NCBI GenBank assembly: GCA_964552565.1
Contig: CAZKGL010000001.1
Span: forward strand, 499,061-563,060
Origin: an uncultured Gammaproteobacteria bacterium
GTDB lineage: Bacteria > Patescibacteriota > Patescibacteriia > UBA9934
Direction of reading: 5' to 3'
Length of the DNA: 64,000 nucleotides
Below the pieces are notes generated by a model. That model was not told the DNA's origin. It searched no databases and was given only the letters and a program-made list of their open reading frames with translations. The first letter of the stretch is position 1; each line of letters begins with the position of its first letter. Shown one piece after another: positions 29,350 to 38,432 of the stretch. Made by a program: the position numbers and the translations under genes.

Positions 29350-29745
29350 TTAATTGAGCGCGTACAATGCGCCATTCAGGTATGTGGCGAAACTCACCCA
29401 TACGAAGTACGGTGCAAGGAGCCATGCGGCAAGTTTGTCGACGCGGACAAACGCCATGATAGTGAAAAGGATGGCGAACCATAGCCCGATGATGACGACG
29501 AACGCGATGTCCGGGCGGTGCAAGCCGAAGAAAATGGGCGACCATGCAAGGTTCAGTGTGAGCTGCACCGCAAACATGCCAAGCGCATGGCTGCGTTTCG
29601 CTGTACGTTTCGCAACCCATACTCGCACCGCTGCGACCGCCATCAACGTGTAGAGCACGGCCCACACCGGGCCGAACACCTCACCCGGCGGCGTCAGCGC
29701 AGGTTTTGTCAGCGTGGCATACCACGCAAGTCCTTCCTCCGTCAT
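29350..29745 (-). CDS. tspO: TspO/MBR tryptophan-rich sensory protein
   Basis: 5-TM, Trp-rich, WxPxF-like motifs characteristic of TspO. Confidence 0.75.
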   Translation of the reverse strand: MTEEGLAWYATLTKPALTPPGEVFGPVWAVLYTLMAVAAVRVWVAKRTAKRSHALGMFAVQLTLNLAWSPIFFGLHRPDIAFVVIIGLWFAILFTIMAFVRVDKLAAWLLAPYFVWVSFATYLNGALYALN

Positions 29746-29751
29746 ATGTGA

Positions 29752-30054
29752 TTATGCAATCGCAAGTTCTAACGGCTTCACCTGTCGCTTAATCGCTTTT
29801 CCAGAGGCCTTTTGTTCTACAAGAAGATCGTACCGCGACTGTAAATTGAGCCAAAACTCTGCAGAGGTACCAAAATATTCAGACAACCGGAGCGCGGTAT
29901 CCGCAGTCACTGCACGGTCGCCATGCACGATTTCGTTAATCCTTCGGCGTGGCACGCCAATATCGTTCGCGAGTTTATATTGGGTAATTCCCATCGGCTT
30001 CAAAAACTCCTCTTCCAGAATTTCTCCCGGGTGGATAAACATTGCCTCACTCAT
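29752..30054 (-). CDS. higA: HigA-family XRE-HTH antitoxin
   Basis: HPGEILEEEFLKPMGITQYKLANDIGVPRRRINEIVHGDRAVTADTALRLSEYFGTSAEFWLNLQSRYDL is the canonical HigA signature. Confidence 0.8.
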   Translation of the reverse strand: MSEAMFIHPGEILEEEFLKPMGITQYKLANDIGVPRRRINEIVHGDRAVTADTALRLSEYFGTSAEFWLNLQSRYDLLVEQKASGKAIKRQVKPLELAIA

Positions 30055-30092
30055 ACCAATTTTTTTACTCGTCGCGAATTACTCTAATGATA

Positions 30093-30827
30093 CTACATAT
30101 CAAGCCGGGCGATTTCCTGAGTATACGCACAGAATTCACAATCTTCCGCCGCCTTCGGGATCTTCGATGAACGCAAACACGTGCGCATGGCCATGAGTGC
30201 GCCGTCGACCCACGAGTCGTCGCCTTTGTACTTCAACAACTTCACTTTGAATTCCAGCCTCCCGTCGAATGCCGCGAGATCGGTGCGACCGTTGACGTAG
30301 ACGAAGTATCCAGTGTCCGACACCCTGAATCCGTTCCTGCGGAGCAGCCACTGGTACACCTCCATCTGGCGCTTGTAGCCCATTTGCCATTCGCTATCGA
30401 GGTTTACCTCGCCGTCTTTGCTCGTCGCTTTGTAATCGACGACGATGAGCTCGCCCTTTTTGTTCACCCAGATGTCATCGACCGCGCCGGTCACGAGGAA
30501 CCCGCTCCTCGTGTGCACAAACTGCACGCCCTTAAAATTCTCCCGCCACACGTCCATGAGCTCGTGCGAAAACGGTACGGCGTTCACCTTGTACTCCGCC
30601 ATGAGCGGGTGCGCGGTCTTCGCGACGCGATGCACGTCGAACTCCTTCTTGAGGAGCGCATCAACGGCCTTGTTCAAGTTGAACGGCGGCCCACTCGGCC
30701 TCCCAATCCCCAAGCGCCTATCCAAATAAAAGCACCGCTTACAATCGATGAACAACTCAATCTTCGACCTACTCACCTTGTACGGCGTCTTCGCCTTGGG
30801 GTCGTAGAGATTCCGCGTGCGGGGCAT
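30093..30827 (-). CDS. Cas4/RecB-like PD-(D/E)XK nuclease with 4-Cys (Fe-S) cluster
   Basis: N-terminal CxxC (CKRC), motif III VVDYK, QxxxY (QMEVYQ), C-terminal CEFC; start at MPRTRNLY. Confidence 0.65.
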   Translation of the reverse strand: MPRTRNLYDPKAKTPYKVSRSKIELFIDCKRCFYLDRRLGIGRPSGPPFNLNKAVDALLKKEFDVHRVAKTAHPLMAEYKVNAVPFSHELMDVWRENFKGVQFVHTRSGFLVTGAVDDIWVNKKGELIVVDYKATSKDGEVNLDSEWQMGYKRQMEVYQWLLRRNGFRVSDTGYFVYVNGRTDLAAFDGRLEFKVKLLKYKGDDSWVDGALMAMRTCLRSSKIPKAAEDCEFCAYTQEIARLDM

Positions 30828-30899
30828 ACATTTGGTTAAGCCCAAGATGAAACTCATGCGGGCATGCTGACGAGTCTTAGACCTCCGAGGAACGTCAAA

Positions 30900-31124
30900 T
30901 TATTGATCTAATTGGATCTCCCACCTGTCCTCCTGAGAAAGTTTATATTCGTCCATGATCTCGTTGAGCTTTCGGGCGATCTCGTGACGGCGCATCAGTT
31001 TTTCTGGGTCAATATGGTTGAACACTATAGGCACACCGGGAACCATGTCACGGGCAGACATAGCTGTTTCACGTTTCAGTGTCTTCCATTCTTGGAGAAT
31101 TTGATCAAATTGCTGCTGATCCAT
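30900..31124 (-). CDS. hypothetical 74-aa protein downstream of res
   Basis: 10 nt after res stop; low-G+C codon usage like the island. Confidence 0.4.
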   Translation of the reverse strand: MDQQQFDQILQEWKTLKRETAMSARDMVPGVPIVFNHIDPEKLMRRHEIARKLNEIMDEYKLSQEDRWEIQLDQ

Positions 31125-31133
31125 ATTGGCATG

Positions 31134-33812
31134 CTAGTCATGGTTTACAAAGGCCCTAATACACTCAGCGAAAGTCTTTGGACGAAACTTTTCCCACTCC
31201 TCCTGCTTCACGTATAGCATTTTGTATTCTGTTCCCGCCTTTAGATTGTTTACATCGTCACACCACTGCCGAAGCCGTGCGATCTTCCGCGAATCGTCGA
31301 GATCCTCCCTGCCCTTCGTCTCGATAATATAGACTGTGTCATCTGCCAGCTTCACGAAAAAGTCCGGATAATAATAGGCGATGCTCCCGTCCGCATTCTT
31401 ATAATCGATACGGAATTGGACTTCGTAATAGTTTTTTGCGAATGAAACCACATCCTCACAATCATCGAGAAATTTTCCGAATTCGAGTTCAAGATGGCTA
31501 TCGCCAACAATCTTGTTGAAGACGCTCTTCTTTGGAGTGATGTATTCGTTCTTATCACTAACAAACGGCCGGGCTTGGCTGATCTTGATGTAGTTACGTA
31601 CTTCCGCCTCTCCTTTATCAATAACGGTAAGATCATTGATTGCCTTTTTGAAGGTCTCCTCAATGGTCCTACGCGCTTCAATTTCCGATAGGTTACGGAC
31701 TAGGTTAGAGTCCTCAAGATCGACCGTTTGACCAAAGAGACGGTCGCACACAAAATCTCGTACTAATGGGAACAGCTGATCAAAGCCACTGACCATGCGA
31801 AGTTCACGCATGATGCCCTGCGTGTAGAATCCGATGGCATTTCGCCAGTCGGGCATTACACCTTCTGGAAGCTCAACGATGTGATCAGTTTCCCCGGTTA
31901 CAATTTTCTTGAAGACTATTTCGCGTTGCTCTTGCGCGGTGAATTGCTTGTATTCTACCGGCCTAAACTCTAGATGAGTAACATCAATGTCAGAGATGTT
32001 TTTATATTCTCGAAAAATACGTGGAGACAGGACAGGAAGTTGAATATCGAGCTTCTCAATATCCTTCTTAAGATTTTCATGATCGATCTCAACGATGACC
32101 GGCGCAACGGCGCTTGAATCCCTGTCCATTCGCCGCGTCTGCAGTTCCACACCCTCTGCCTTAATCGACTCAACGAAATCCATGAACGCGGGGGTGCCGA
32201 TAACGCTGACGTATTCCTCAACTCCTCTACCGAAGTACATGAGCCGCAAACCGCGACCAAGCGTTTGCTCAGGAAGGATGTTGCTTTTTGACGCGAACGC
32301 GCGAAGGCCAACGATCGTGGTCACGTTTCGTACGTCCCAGCCCTCTTTCAACATGAGAACCGAAACGACAGCAAGATACGGGCTCTCAAAGCTATCTAGT
32401 TCATTCGATTCCCGACGGAGTTTATCGAGCTCCTCTTTATCCTTATGCTGAATGGTCTCCTTAATTTCGCCAGAGCGATTTGTGTGAATCGTTAATATCT
32501 TCCCTGCGAGTTCTGGGAAGTTTTGCTCGAGGTGCTGAGCGACCGCGTCACAGTTCGTGGTGTCATCAGTCATGACGAAGAGTACCGCTTTTTTTCCAGT
32601 CTTCAGGTGCTGCTCGTATGCTTTACGCCATTCGATAACACCGAGGTGGAGATATTCGCGGTAGCGCTCAATAAAGTTACTACTCTCAACCTCGTTGAGC
32701 TTCGCACGACTCGCCTGGTCCGGAAGAACCGGATGTTTTACGACGTTTTGATGGATCGCCTCAACAAGAGGATAATCGCAGACGGTTTGCACGAAGATCT
32801 CGCCACGCTCATTCTTCGGCGTTGCGGTAACGTCGATCTGCAATGACAACGCACGACCTTTCATCTTCAGGCGGTTTGAGATGTCTTCAATTGATTTAAA
32901 CCATGCGAGCTTCTCGTCGTGAATATGATGCGCCTCATCGTTGAGAACCATGAGCTCATCTACCTCACGCACAATGTCACCGAGATCAACGCCCGAGTTG
33001 GTCGTTTTCGTAACAGGACGGTCTCCCAAAAAATAATCAGTCGTGTTTTCATCCTCAAAAGTCGCCGCCTGGACGTCGCGATCGTACACACGATGAATGT
33101 TCGTCAGGAAGATATTTCCACTCGGAGAGACACCGCTCACTTCGTCCTGCAGGTGCACCGTAACCTGAAAATCATCCTGCCAGTTTTGCCCCTCGTAGCC
33201 ATTATCAGGAAGAATGGGATCGCCAAAGAAAATCTTGCATCCCTCAAAGTCTCCTTTGATGCGATCCAAAACGATGATGTTGGGTGCAATCAACAAAAAG
33301 TTCTTCGACATCAACGAATCCGGTTCGTAAATGCGATGGAAGTAACTCCATGCAATAAGCAGGCTCAACACTTTTGTCTTGCCCGCGCCCGTCGCAAGTT
33401 TCAAAACAAAACGCGGCCAGGCTTCCTTAAACATGCTTCCCGACACACGGCCCGAACTGTCGTACCGCAACAGGTCATGTGGAGCCCGTGCGCCGGCGAC
33501 TTCATAAAGGTAAATCGCTGTCTCTACAGCTTCACGCTGAGCAAAGTAATACCTGAATGTCTTTGCAACGCCATCAACCCAATCGACATGATCTTCAAGA
33601 AACCACCAACGCAGGAGCGCACGAGTCGTCGGACTCGCGCCTTTGTAATCGTTATCGCGCCACTCCTTCACCAACTTTCGCACCTCAGGCACGAGCGGCG
33701 GCATGAGTTTCTCCCACTTCGATTCTCGCAACGCCTCATCAGCCGGAAACCATCGGGTTTTCGGATCGAGGATTGCGTAGGGATCTTTTGGGAAACCAGG
33801 ATGGAGGGCCAT
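31134..33812 (-). CDS. res: type III restriction enzyme Res subunit (SF2 helicase + C-terminal PD-(D/E)XK)
   Basis: motif I LATGAGKTKV, motif II LNDEAHH, C-terminal nuclease PDFFV...YIIETKG. Confidence 0.85.
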   Translation of the reverse strand: MALHPGFPKDPYAILDPKTRWFPADEALRESKWEKLMPPLVPEVRKLVKEWRDNDYKGASPTTRALLRWWFLEDHVDWVDGVAKTFRYYFAQREAVETAIYLYEVAGARAPHDLLRYDSSGRVSGSMFKEAWPRFVLKLATGAGKTKVLSLLIAWSYFHRIYEPDSLMSKNFLLIAPNIIVLDRIKGDFEGCKIFFGDPILPDNGYEGQNWQDDFQVTVHLQDEVSGVSPSGNIFLTNIHRVYDRDVQAATFEDENTTDYFLGDRPVTKTTNSGVDLGDIVREVDELMVLNDEAHHIHDEKLAWFKSIEDISNRLKMKGRALSLQIDVTATPKNERGEIFVQTVCDYPLVEAIHQNVVKHPVLPDQASRAKLNEVESSNFIERYREYLHLGVIEWRKAYEQHLKTGKKAVLFVMTDDTTNCDAVAQHLEQNFPELAGKILTIHTNRSGEIKETIQHKDKEELDKLRRESNELDSFESPYLAVVSVLMLKEGWDVRNVTTIVGLRAFASKSNILPEQTLGRGLRLMYFGRGVEEYVSVIGTPAFMDFVESIKAEGVELQTRRMDRDSSAVAPVIVEIDHENLKKDIEKLDIQLPVLSPRIFREYKNISDIDVTHLEFRPVEYKQFTAQEQREIVFKKIVTGETDHIVELPEGVMPDWRNAIGFYTQGIMRELRMVSGFDQLFPLVRDFVCDRLFGQTVDLEDSNLVRNLSEIEARRTIEETFKKAINDLTVIDKGEAEVRNYIKISQARPFVSDKNEYITPKKSVFNKIVGDSHLELEFGKFLDDCEDVVSFAKNYYEVQFRIDYKNADGSIAYYYPDFFVKLADDTVYIIETKGREDLDDSRKIARLRQWCDDVNNLKAGTEYKMLYVKQEEWEKFRPKTFAECIRAFVNHD

Positions 33813-33814
33813 AG

Positions 33815-34108
33815 CTAGATGTCAAGTAATCTTGTCTGGAGATCATAAATTTCATCTTCCAGCTCTCTTCGTAACTCAGTTATTTCTGATGATTGATTGA
33901 TATGCGCAAACATAACGTCTATAGCAGCCAATCCGACAGTAAAGACGAATGCAACAACAACACCAATGATTATTTGCATGCTCAAATTTTTCTGATCTTT
34001 TAACTCTTCTTTTAGCGTAGCGAATTCTATGTAAAAAACCGATTCTGCTATCGCCTGGTCCAGCGGTACAAACCCCTTCAGTTCATCGTCAATAACGTGT
34101 CGTGGCAT
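33815..34108 (-). CDS. small single-TM coiled-coil protein between mod and res
   Basis: 97 aa; TM IIIGVVVAFVFTVGLAAIDVMFA; start overlaps upstream stop, stop 3 nt before res start. Confidence 0.5.
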   Translation of the reverse strand: MPRHVIDDELKGFVPLDQAIAESVFYIEFATLKEELKDQKNLSMQIIIGVVVAFVFTVGLAAIDVMFAHINQSSEITELRRELEDEIYDLQTRLLDI

Positions 34109-34109
34109 A

Positions 34110-34331
34110 TTAAATCTTCAGAAAGCCCTTAATCTCAACCACGCCACCGTGTTCTTCAGCTGCGATATCTAAGTTTTTATATCGATGAAAATCCACACCA
34201 GCGAACGCGACACCTGGACCAAACGTAAAGCCTGGACCAAATTCGATGCCGCTTACCTTGATCCTGAGTTTCGGAGTCAGGCTGCCGTCTGGCAAAATAT
34301 CAAATACCTCTCTGAAGCTGTATCTTTTCAT
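34110..34331 (-). CDS. small Gly-rich 73-aa protein between mod and res
   Basis: tightly coupled (5-nt gap after mod stop); GIEFGPGFTFGPGVAFAGVDF. Confidence 0.45.
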   Translation of the reverse strand: MKRYSFREVFDILPDGSLTPKLRIKVSGIEFGPGFTFGPGVAFAGVDFHRYKNLDIAAEEHGGVVEIKGFLKI

Positions 34332-34336
34332 AGTTC

Positions 34337-36619
34337 CTAGATCATTATCTCAACAACTCTGGTGGTATCGTTCCCAAAAATGTCGATTACTTTCACTGCG
34401 ACCTTACGCCGACCCGGCACGCACTGTACTGCAACTGATGTTAATTCAAGCTCGCGATCTTTACGAGTGCGGAAAGATTGCCATTCGTTTTCGAAAATAT
34501 ACTGGCCAGTCCATTCTTCGTCATAGTCAACCTTTGTCGCCTGCTCGAGTTCTACGGAGCCGTCAAGCATGATTTGTTTTGCCACCACGTCTTCCGCAGT
34601 GCGTACGATCTCTTTCTTGCTTTCGTAATTGAAGTCGACAGCCCAATAATCGATCCAGTCAGTCCATTTACCCGTCATTATTTCACGTGTGATAATTTCT
34701 GTTTGCTTATCTTTAGTCAACTTAATGAGATTGCCATCCTGCAAAACGATCTTCGATCCCCCACCCTTGATGTTTTCTTCGATTTCCGCGAGATCGTCTT
34801 GGTTGTAAAAAACCTTAAAATTCGCAAGCTCTATAGCGAGCTTATTCTTCTTTACAATCGGATTCACCTCAACGAACGCGAGATCGTAGAATTTCACCTG
34901 TCCGCGCTCAACGGCGCGCTTGTCGAAAACTTCGTTCGGAATCGTTTTAAACTGAAGGTCGATGCCATTGTTTTTTGCGACATCGGCATCCATGCCCATT
35001 TCCCAGCCAAAGCCGAGGACGTCCGCTTTCGTTATACCTTTTTCACGACATTCTGCGATTACCGACTCAACGAGCGAATGCGAGACTGGAAACTCGATCG
35101 GACCAATAGCAACAAGCCGATCGCGCTTCTTTCCAACAAAATTTCTGAAACCGTTTACCGGCTCAGCCTTATATGCTGAGAGAATAAGTGACCTAAAGTC
35201 ATCTTCTTTTTTACGGCGTAGCTGCTCCTTTTCTTCCGCTCGCAAGTCACCATCGACGTTTACAAATTGCTTGCGTTCGTATTTACCAAGGTTGAGAATT
35301 TCAAACGCACGATACGACTGACCCTCTTTCTTCAACTGTCGTTGCACTGCAATCATTCGCTTACGAGATGCGTGAATGCCGAAGCGTCCAAGGTCACTGC
35401 CAATCCATTTACGGTCCAACTTTTCAGAAACAGCTAAAGTCGTCCCTGAGCCGATGAAAAAATCAGCGACAATGTCTCCGTTGTTCGTTGAGGCTTGGAT
35501 AATTCGTTCAAGAAGAGCACTGGGCTTCTGAGTCGGATAGCCAGTATCTTCAACTCCGCGCACCATCGGAATGTCACTCCATAAATTTTGAACGATCATT
35601 CCCGGCCACTCATCCAAGAATTCCTTACGATAAATCAAAGAACCATTTTCTGGAAAATATAGCCTACCCTCCTCATCCCACTTACACATTTTTTCCTTAG
35701 TGACTGCCCATCCGTTTTTTGGTGGCTTCCTTCCTTTGTATTCATACCGTAGCGTCGGTCGTGGTGCCGGATTCGCCATGTTATTAATTCTGTATCGCCG
35801 ACCGCCCTCGTCAATTTTATTAAAAATATCTAACAGCTCATCGGTATTATCACTTTTGTTAAATTGTTCATTGAAAATAAACTGCTCACTTTTGGAATAG
35901 AAAAGTATGGTGTCGGTCTGAGTGCGAAAACTTCCTGCGATGCTAGTTCCACCGGTTCGTCGTTTCCAAATTATCTCCGATTGGAAATTTTCAGAACCGA
36001 ATATTTCATCAAGGATCAACCTCATGTAGGAATTCACTCGCCAATCACAGTGAACATAAATCGAGCCGTTATCGGCAAGTAAATCGTGCATGAGCCTTAA
36101 TCGCTCGTAAATCATCGAAATAAAGCTATCCGCTCCTCTTCCCCACGTATCACGATAGGCTACCTCCTCGATGATGCTCGGTTTTTTTGTAAACTCCTCC
36201 CCACCAATCTCAATGTTCATCGAAAAATCTGCACCGACATCGAATGGTGGATCGATGTAGATCAGCTTAATGCCACCTTGGGCTTCGATTTCCTTCCGCA
36301 AAGGGCCATTCTTGAGTGCAGAGAGAATCAGCTTATTGTCTCCCCAGATAAGTTTATTCGTCCAGCCCTTAGCCTGCCGACCAGAAAGATCAAAAAGATT
36401 CTGCTGCAACTTCACTTCTCGCTCACTGCGGGGCTCGTCGATATGTTCGATTGACTGAAACGGGAGCACGACGTTCATAACCTCGTCGGTCTTGCCGTTC
36501 CAAACCAACTCAACCTGGCGATTATCGCCAAACAGTAAAAACCGATATTTGTCCGGCAAGGGTTTCCCTTGCTCGAGCATCCTCGTGATATCGCGAATTT
36601 CGTTCGGTTGAAGCTGCAT
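34337..36619 (-). CDS. mod: type III R-M Mod subunit (N6-adenine DNA methyltransferase, 760 aa)
   Basis: DPPF motif IV (LIYIDPPFDVG), AdoMet motif I region, large C-terminal extension. Confidence 0.85.
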   Translation of the reverse strand: MQLQPNEIRDITRMLEQGKPLPDKYRFLLFGDNRQVELVWNGKTDEVMNVVLPFQSIEHIDEPRSEREVKLQQNLFDLSGRQAKGWTNKLIWGDNKLILSALKNGPLRKEIEAQGGIKLIYIDPPFDVGADFSMNIEIGGEEFTKKPSIIEEVAYRDTWGRGADSFISMIYERLRLMHDLLADNGSIYVHCDWRVNSYMRLILDEIFGSENFQSEIIWKRRTGGTSIAGSFRTQTDTILFYSKSEQFIFNEQFNKSDNTDELLDIFNKIDEGGRRYRINNMANPAPRPTLRYEYKGRKPPKNGWAVTKEKMCKWDEEGRLYFPENGSLIYRKEFLDEWPGMIVQNLWSDIPMVRGVEDTGYPTQKPSALLERIIQASTNNGDIVADFFIGSGTTLAVSEKLDRKWIGSDLGRFGIHASRKRMIAVQRQLKKEGQSYRAFEILNLGKYERKQFVNVDGDLRAEEKEQLRRKKEDDFRSLILSAYKAEPVNGFRNFVGKKRDRLVAIGPIEFPVSHSLVESVIAECREKGITKADVLGFGWEMGMDADVAKNNGIDLQFKTIPNEVFDKRAVERGQVKFYDLAFVEVNPIVKKNKLAIELANFKVFYNQDDLAEIEENIKGGGSKIVLQDGNLIKLTKDKQTEIITREIMTGKWTDWIDYWAVDFNYESKKEIVRTAEDVVAKQIMLDGSVELEQATKVDYDEEWTGQYIFENEWQSFRTRKDRELELTSVAVQCVPGRRKVAVKVIDIFGNDTTRVVEIMI

Positions 36620-36623
36620 ATAC

Positions 36624-37358
36624 TTATTTCAGGAGATCCCAGGCAACCAAGTAAGAGGTGACGTCGTGTTCCATATTCCCAAGGTACACCTTCCCATCGC
36701 GAATTTTAATGTTTACGCGATAGCGTGTGCCGTTGCTGACAGGAAGTATAGCGCGTTCACGCACCTTTTGCTCAATGACGTGATATGGAAGAACTACGAA
36801 CTTCGTGGCCTCTTCTCCATGCAAAACAAAGACGTAATACACGTTCCCCGAGCCGTGACGATCAAAAGAAACCTTGCGGATATCGAAGACAAAGATGTTA
36901 AACCGATTGATGTTCGACGTCTTCACCTGGATGCCGAACAGCTTGTTGTCCTTGGTCGCGATGATATCTAAGCCAGTATCGACGCTCATGATGCTGGCGT
37001 TATAGCCAAGAAACAAAAGCTCGGCACAAACCGCATGCTCACCAGCCTTACCCGTACAGCCGCTGTCGATCGCAAGTTTTTCAACAATTGCTTTCTCTGC
37101 TGGCGTTTCTGGCGTCTCTTCCACCTTTTCGACCGTCTGGTTGCCACTCAAGTCATACACGCCGGGACCAACACGCTTAAACGCTGAATGCTTTTTCTTT
37201 GCATCAGTGGAAAGCCGCGCACTCATTGTCATTTCTGGCGTCGCTCCGTTCGTCTCCAAGAGGCCCCACTCGAGCGCAAGCTCGGTAATGCGCGCATAGT
37301 GAAGTGGTTCCCCCGCGCGCTTTAGCACTTCGGCTGCTGCCTGCTTAAAGGAGTTCAT
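36624..37358 (-). CDS. HARE-HTH domain fused to PD-(D/E)XK-like nuclease domain
   Basis: N-terminal FKQAAAEVLKRAGEPLHYARITELALEWGL (HARE-HTH), C-terminal E...D(TGLDII)...IQVK; start at MNSFKQ. Confidence 0.55.
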   Translation of the reverse strand: MNSFKQAAAEVLKRAGEPLHYARITELALEWGLLETNGATPEMTMSARLSTDAKKKHSAFKRVGPGVYDLSGNQTVEKVEETPETPAEKAIVEKLAIDSGCTGKAGEHAVCAELLFLGYNASIMSVDTGLDIIATKDNKLFGIQVKTSNINRFNIFVFDIRKVSFDRHGSGNVYYVFVLHGEEATKFVVLPYHVIEQKVRERAILPVSNGTRYRVNIKIRDGKVYLGNMEHDVTSYLVAWDLLK

Positions 37359-37360
37359 AT

Positions 37361-37786
37361 CTACGAGTTGAAGGGCAAGCCCGCACCGTCCTCGAGTTTC
37401 CCATCCCACCCCTCCGCCCTCTTTTGCACGTCCGCAAAACACACTTCGTCGTGCTCACCTTCTTTTTTGTCACACTCCTTTGCATGGTCGCGTTCGGCCA
37501 AGCGTTCGGCAAGGAGCGGCCAGAATTCGTCCTCGGCAACCGCGTGGAGCGCCGCGTCTGCGTCGTCGAAGAACGCGTCGGTCCAATGGTCCTCGTCCTG
37601 CGTATCCGGGGGAAACGTCATGCCGAAGTCTTCCGCGCGATCCATGAGTTGTTCCCACAGCTCCGCAAGCTCTTCGTCGAGCTTGTCGCCGCGCAGCCGC
37701 GCGACGTGTTCGTCAAGCACGATCGCCGCCGCAACTGCGCGCGTGAGAGACAAATAGTGTTTTGTGTGTAGTGTCAAATCAGCCAT
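37361..37786 (-). CDS. highly acidic 141-aa protein (candidate DNA-mimic/regulator)
   Basis: ~27% Asp+Glu, start MADLTLHTKHY; stop abuts start of HARE-HTH nuclease gene; higher G+C than neighbours. Confidence 0.45.
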   Translation of the reverse strand: MADLTLHTKHYLSLTRAVAAAIVLDEHVARLRGDKLDEELAELWEQLMDRAEDFGMTFPPDTQDEDHWTDAFFDDADAALHAVAEDEFWPLLAERLAERDHAKECDKKEGEHDEVCFADVQKRAEGWDGKLEDGAGLPFNS

Positions 37787-37913
37787 AGAGCAGGTCGAGC
37801 GTATCCCTTTTTCCCCATCTGTACAATCCTTGACAACCCTCCCTTTTGTGCTATGCTCGGGTTGTGTCACCACGAAAAGACCCCCTGCAGGTTCCGTCCT
37901 GCCGGGGTGCTTT

Positions 37914-38399
37914 TCATTTCGAGCGGTACTGAAGCTTCTCCTTGAGCGCATCAATGCCCGCCAGGCGCGACTTCGCAGCTTTCTTGAGCAGCCCGGAGTA
38001 GCGACGGCTGTTTGGCACAAGGACGACGCGGAGCTTTTCGAGAGCATCAAGATGCCGCACAAGGCAAGAAAAATCGCCATCACCGCTTACGATAACTGCC
38101 TGGTCATATTCGCCGAGGTCGATCATTGCCTGGAGCACGAGCTCGGCATCGATATTCCCCTTCAGGCGGCCGTCGCTATCGGGAATTGTCGGCTTAAAGA
38201 CGAGGACGAAACCCGCCTCCTGGAGATGTTGGTAAAGACTGTTATTGCCCGGGACAAACCCGATGAAGTAGTACGCCTTTGTGACGCCGTAATGTTCCTT
38301 GAGGTAGATGCGAAAACGGCGATGGTTGATCTTCCAACCAAGGTCCCGCAACGCCATTGTGACGTTGTTGCCATCGATAAATGCGTAGTTGCTTGCCAT
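37914..38399 (-). CDS. NYN-domain (LabA/DUF88-like) nuclease
   Basis: AFIDGNNV...IVSGDGDF acidic residues of PIN/NYN fold. Confidence 0.7.
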   Translation of the reverse strand: MASNYAFIDGNNVTMALRDLGWKINHRRFRIYLKEHYGVTKAYYFIGFVPGNNSLYQHLQEAGFVLVFKPTIPDSDGRLKGNIDAELVLQAMIDLGEYDQAVIVSGDGDFSCLVRHLDALEKLRVVLVPNSRRYSGLLKKAAKSRLAGIDALKEKLQYRSK

Positions 38400-38406
38400 A
38401 GCATTG

Positions 38407-38430
38407 GGGTCCCTCCTGTCGTCGGGATGG
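38407..38430. repeat. family-B element, right-arm half copy
   Basis: GGGGTCCCTCCTGTCGTCGGGATGG between NYN start and MazG-like stop. Confidence 0.45.
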
Positions 38431-38432
38431 GT

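Noticed and set aside
30055-30092. missing HigB toxin gene upstream of higA
   Set aside because: The gap is only 38 nt. The upstream gene is a 244-aa PD-(D/E)XK nuclease, not a RelE-fold protein.
37361-38083. 240-aa track ORF overlapping the NYN gene
   Set aside because: The N-terminal 99 aa overlap the NYN coding region out of frame. The gene is trimmed to the internal Met (37361-37786).
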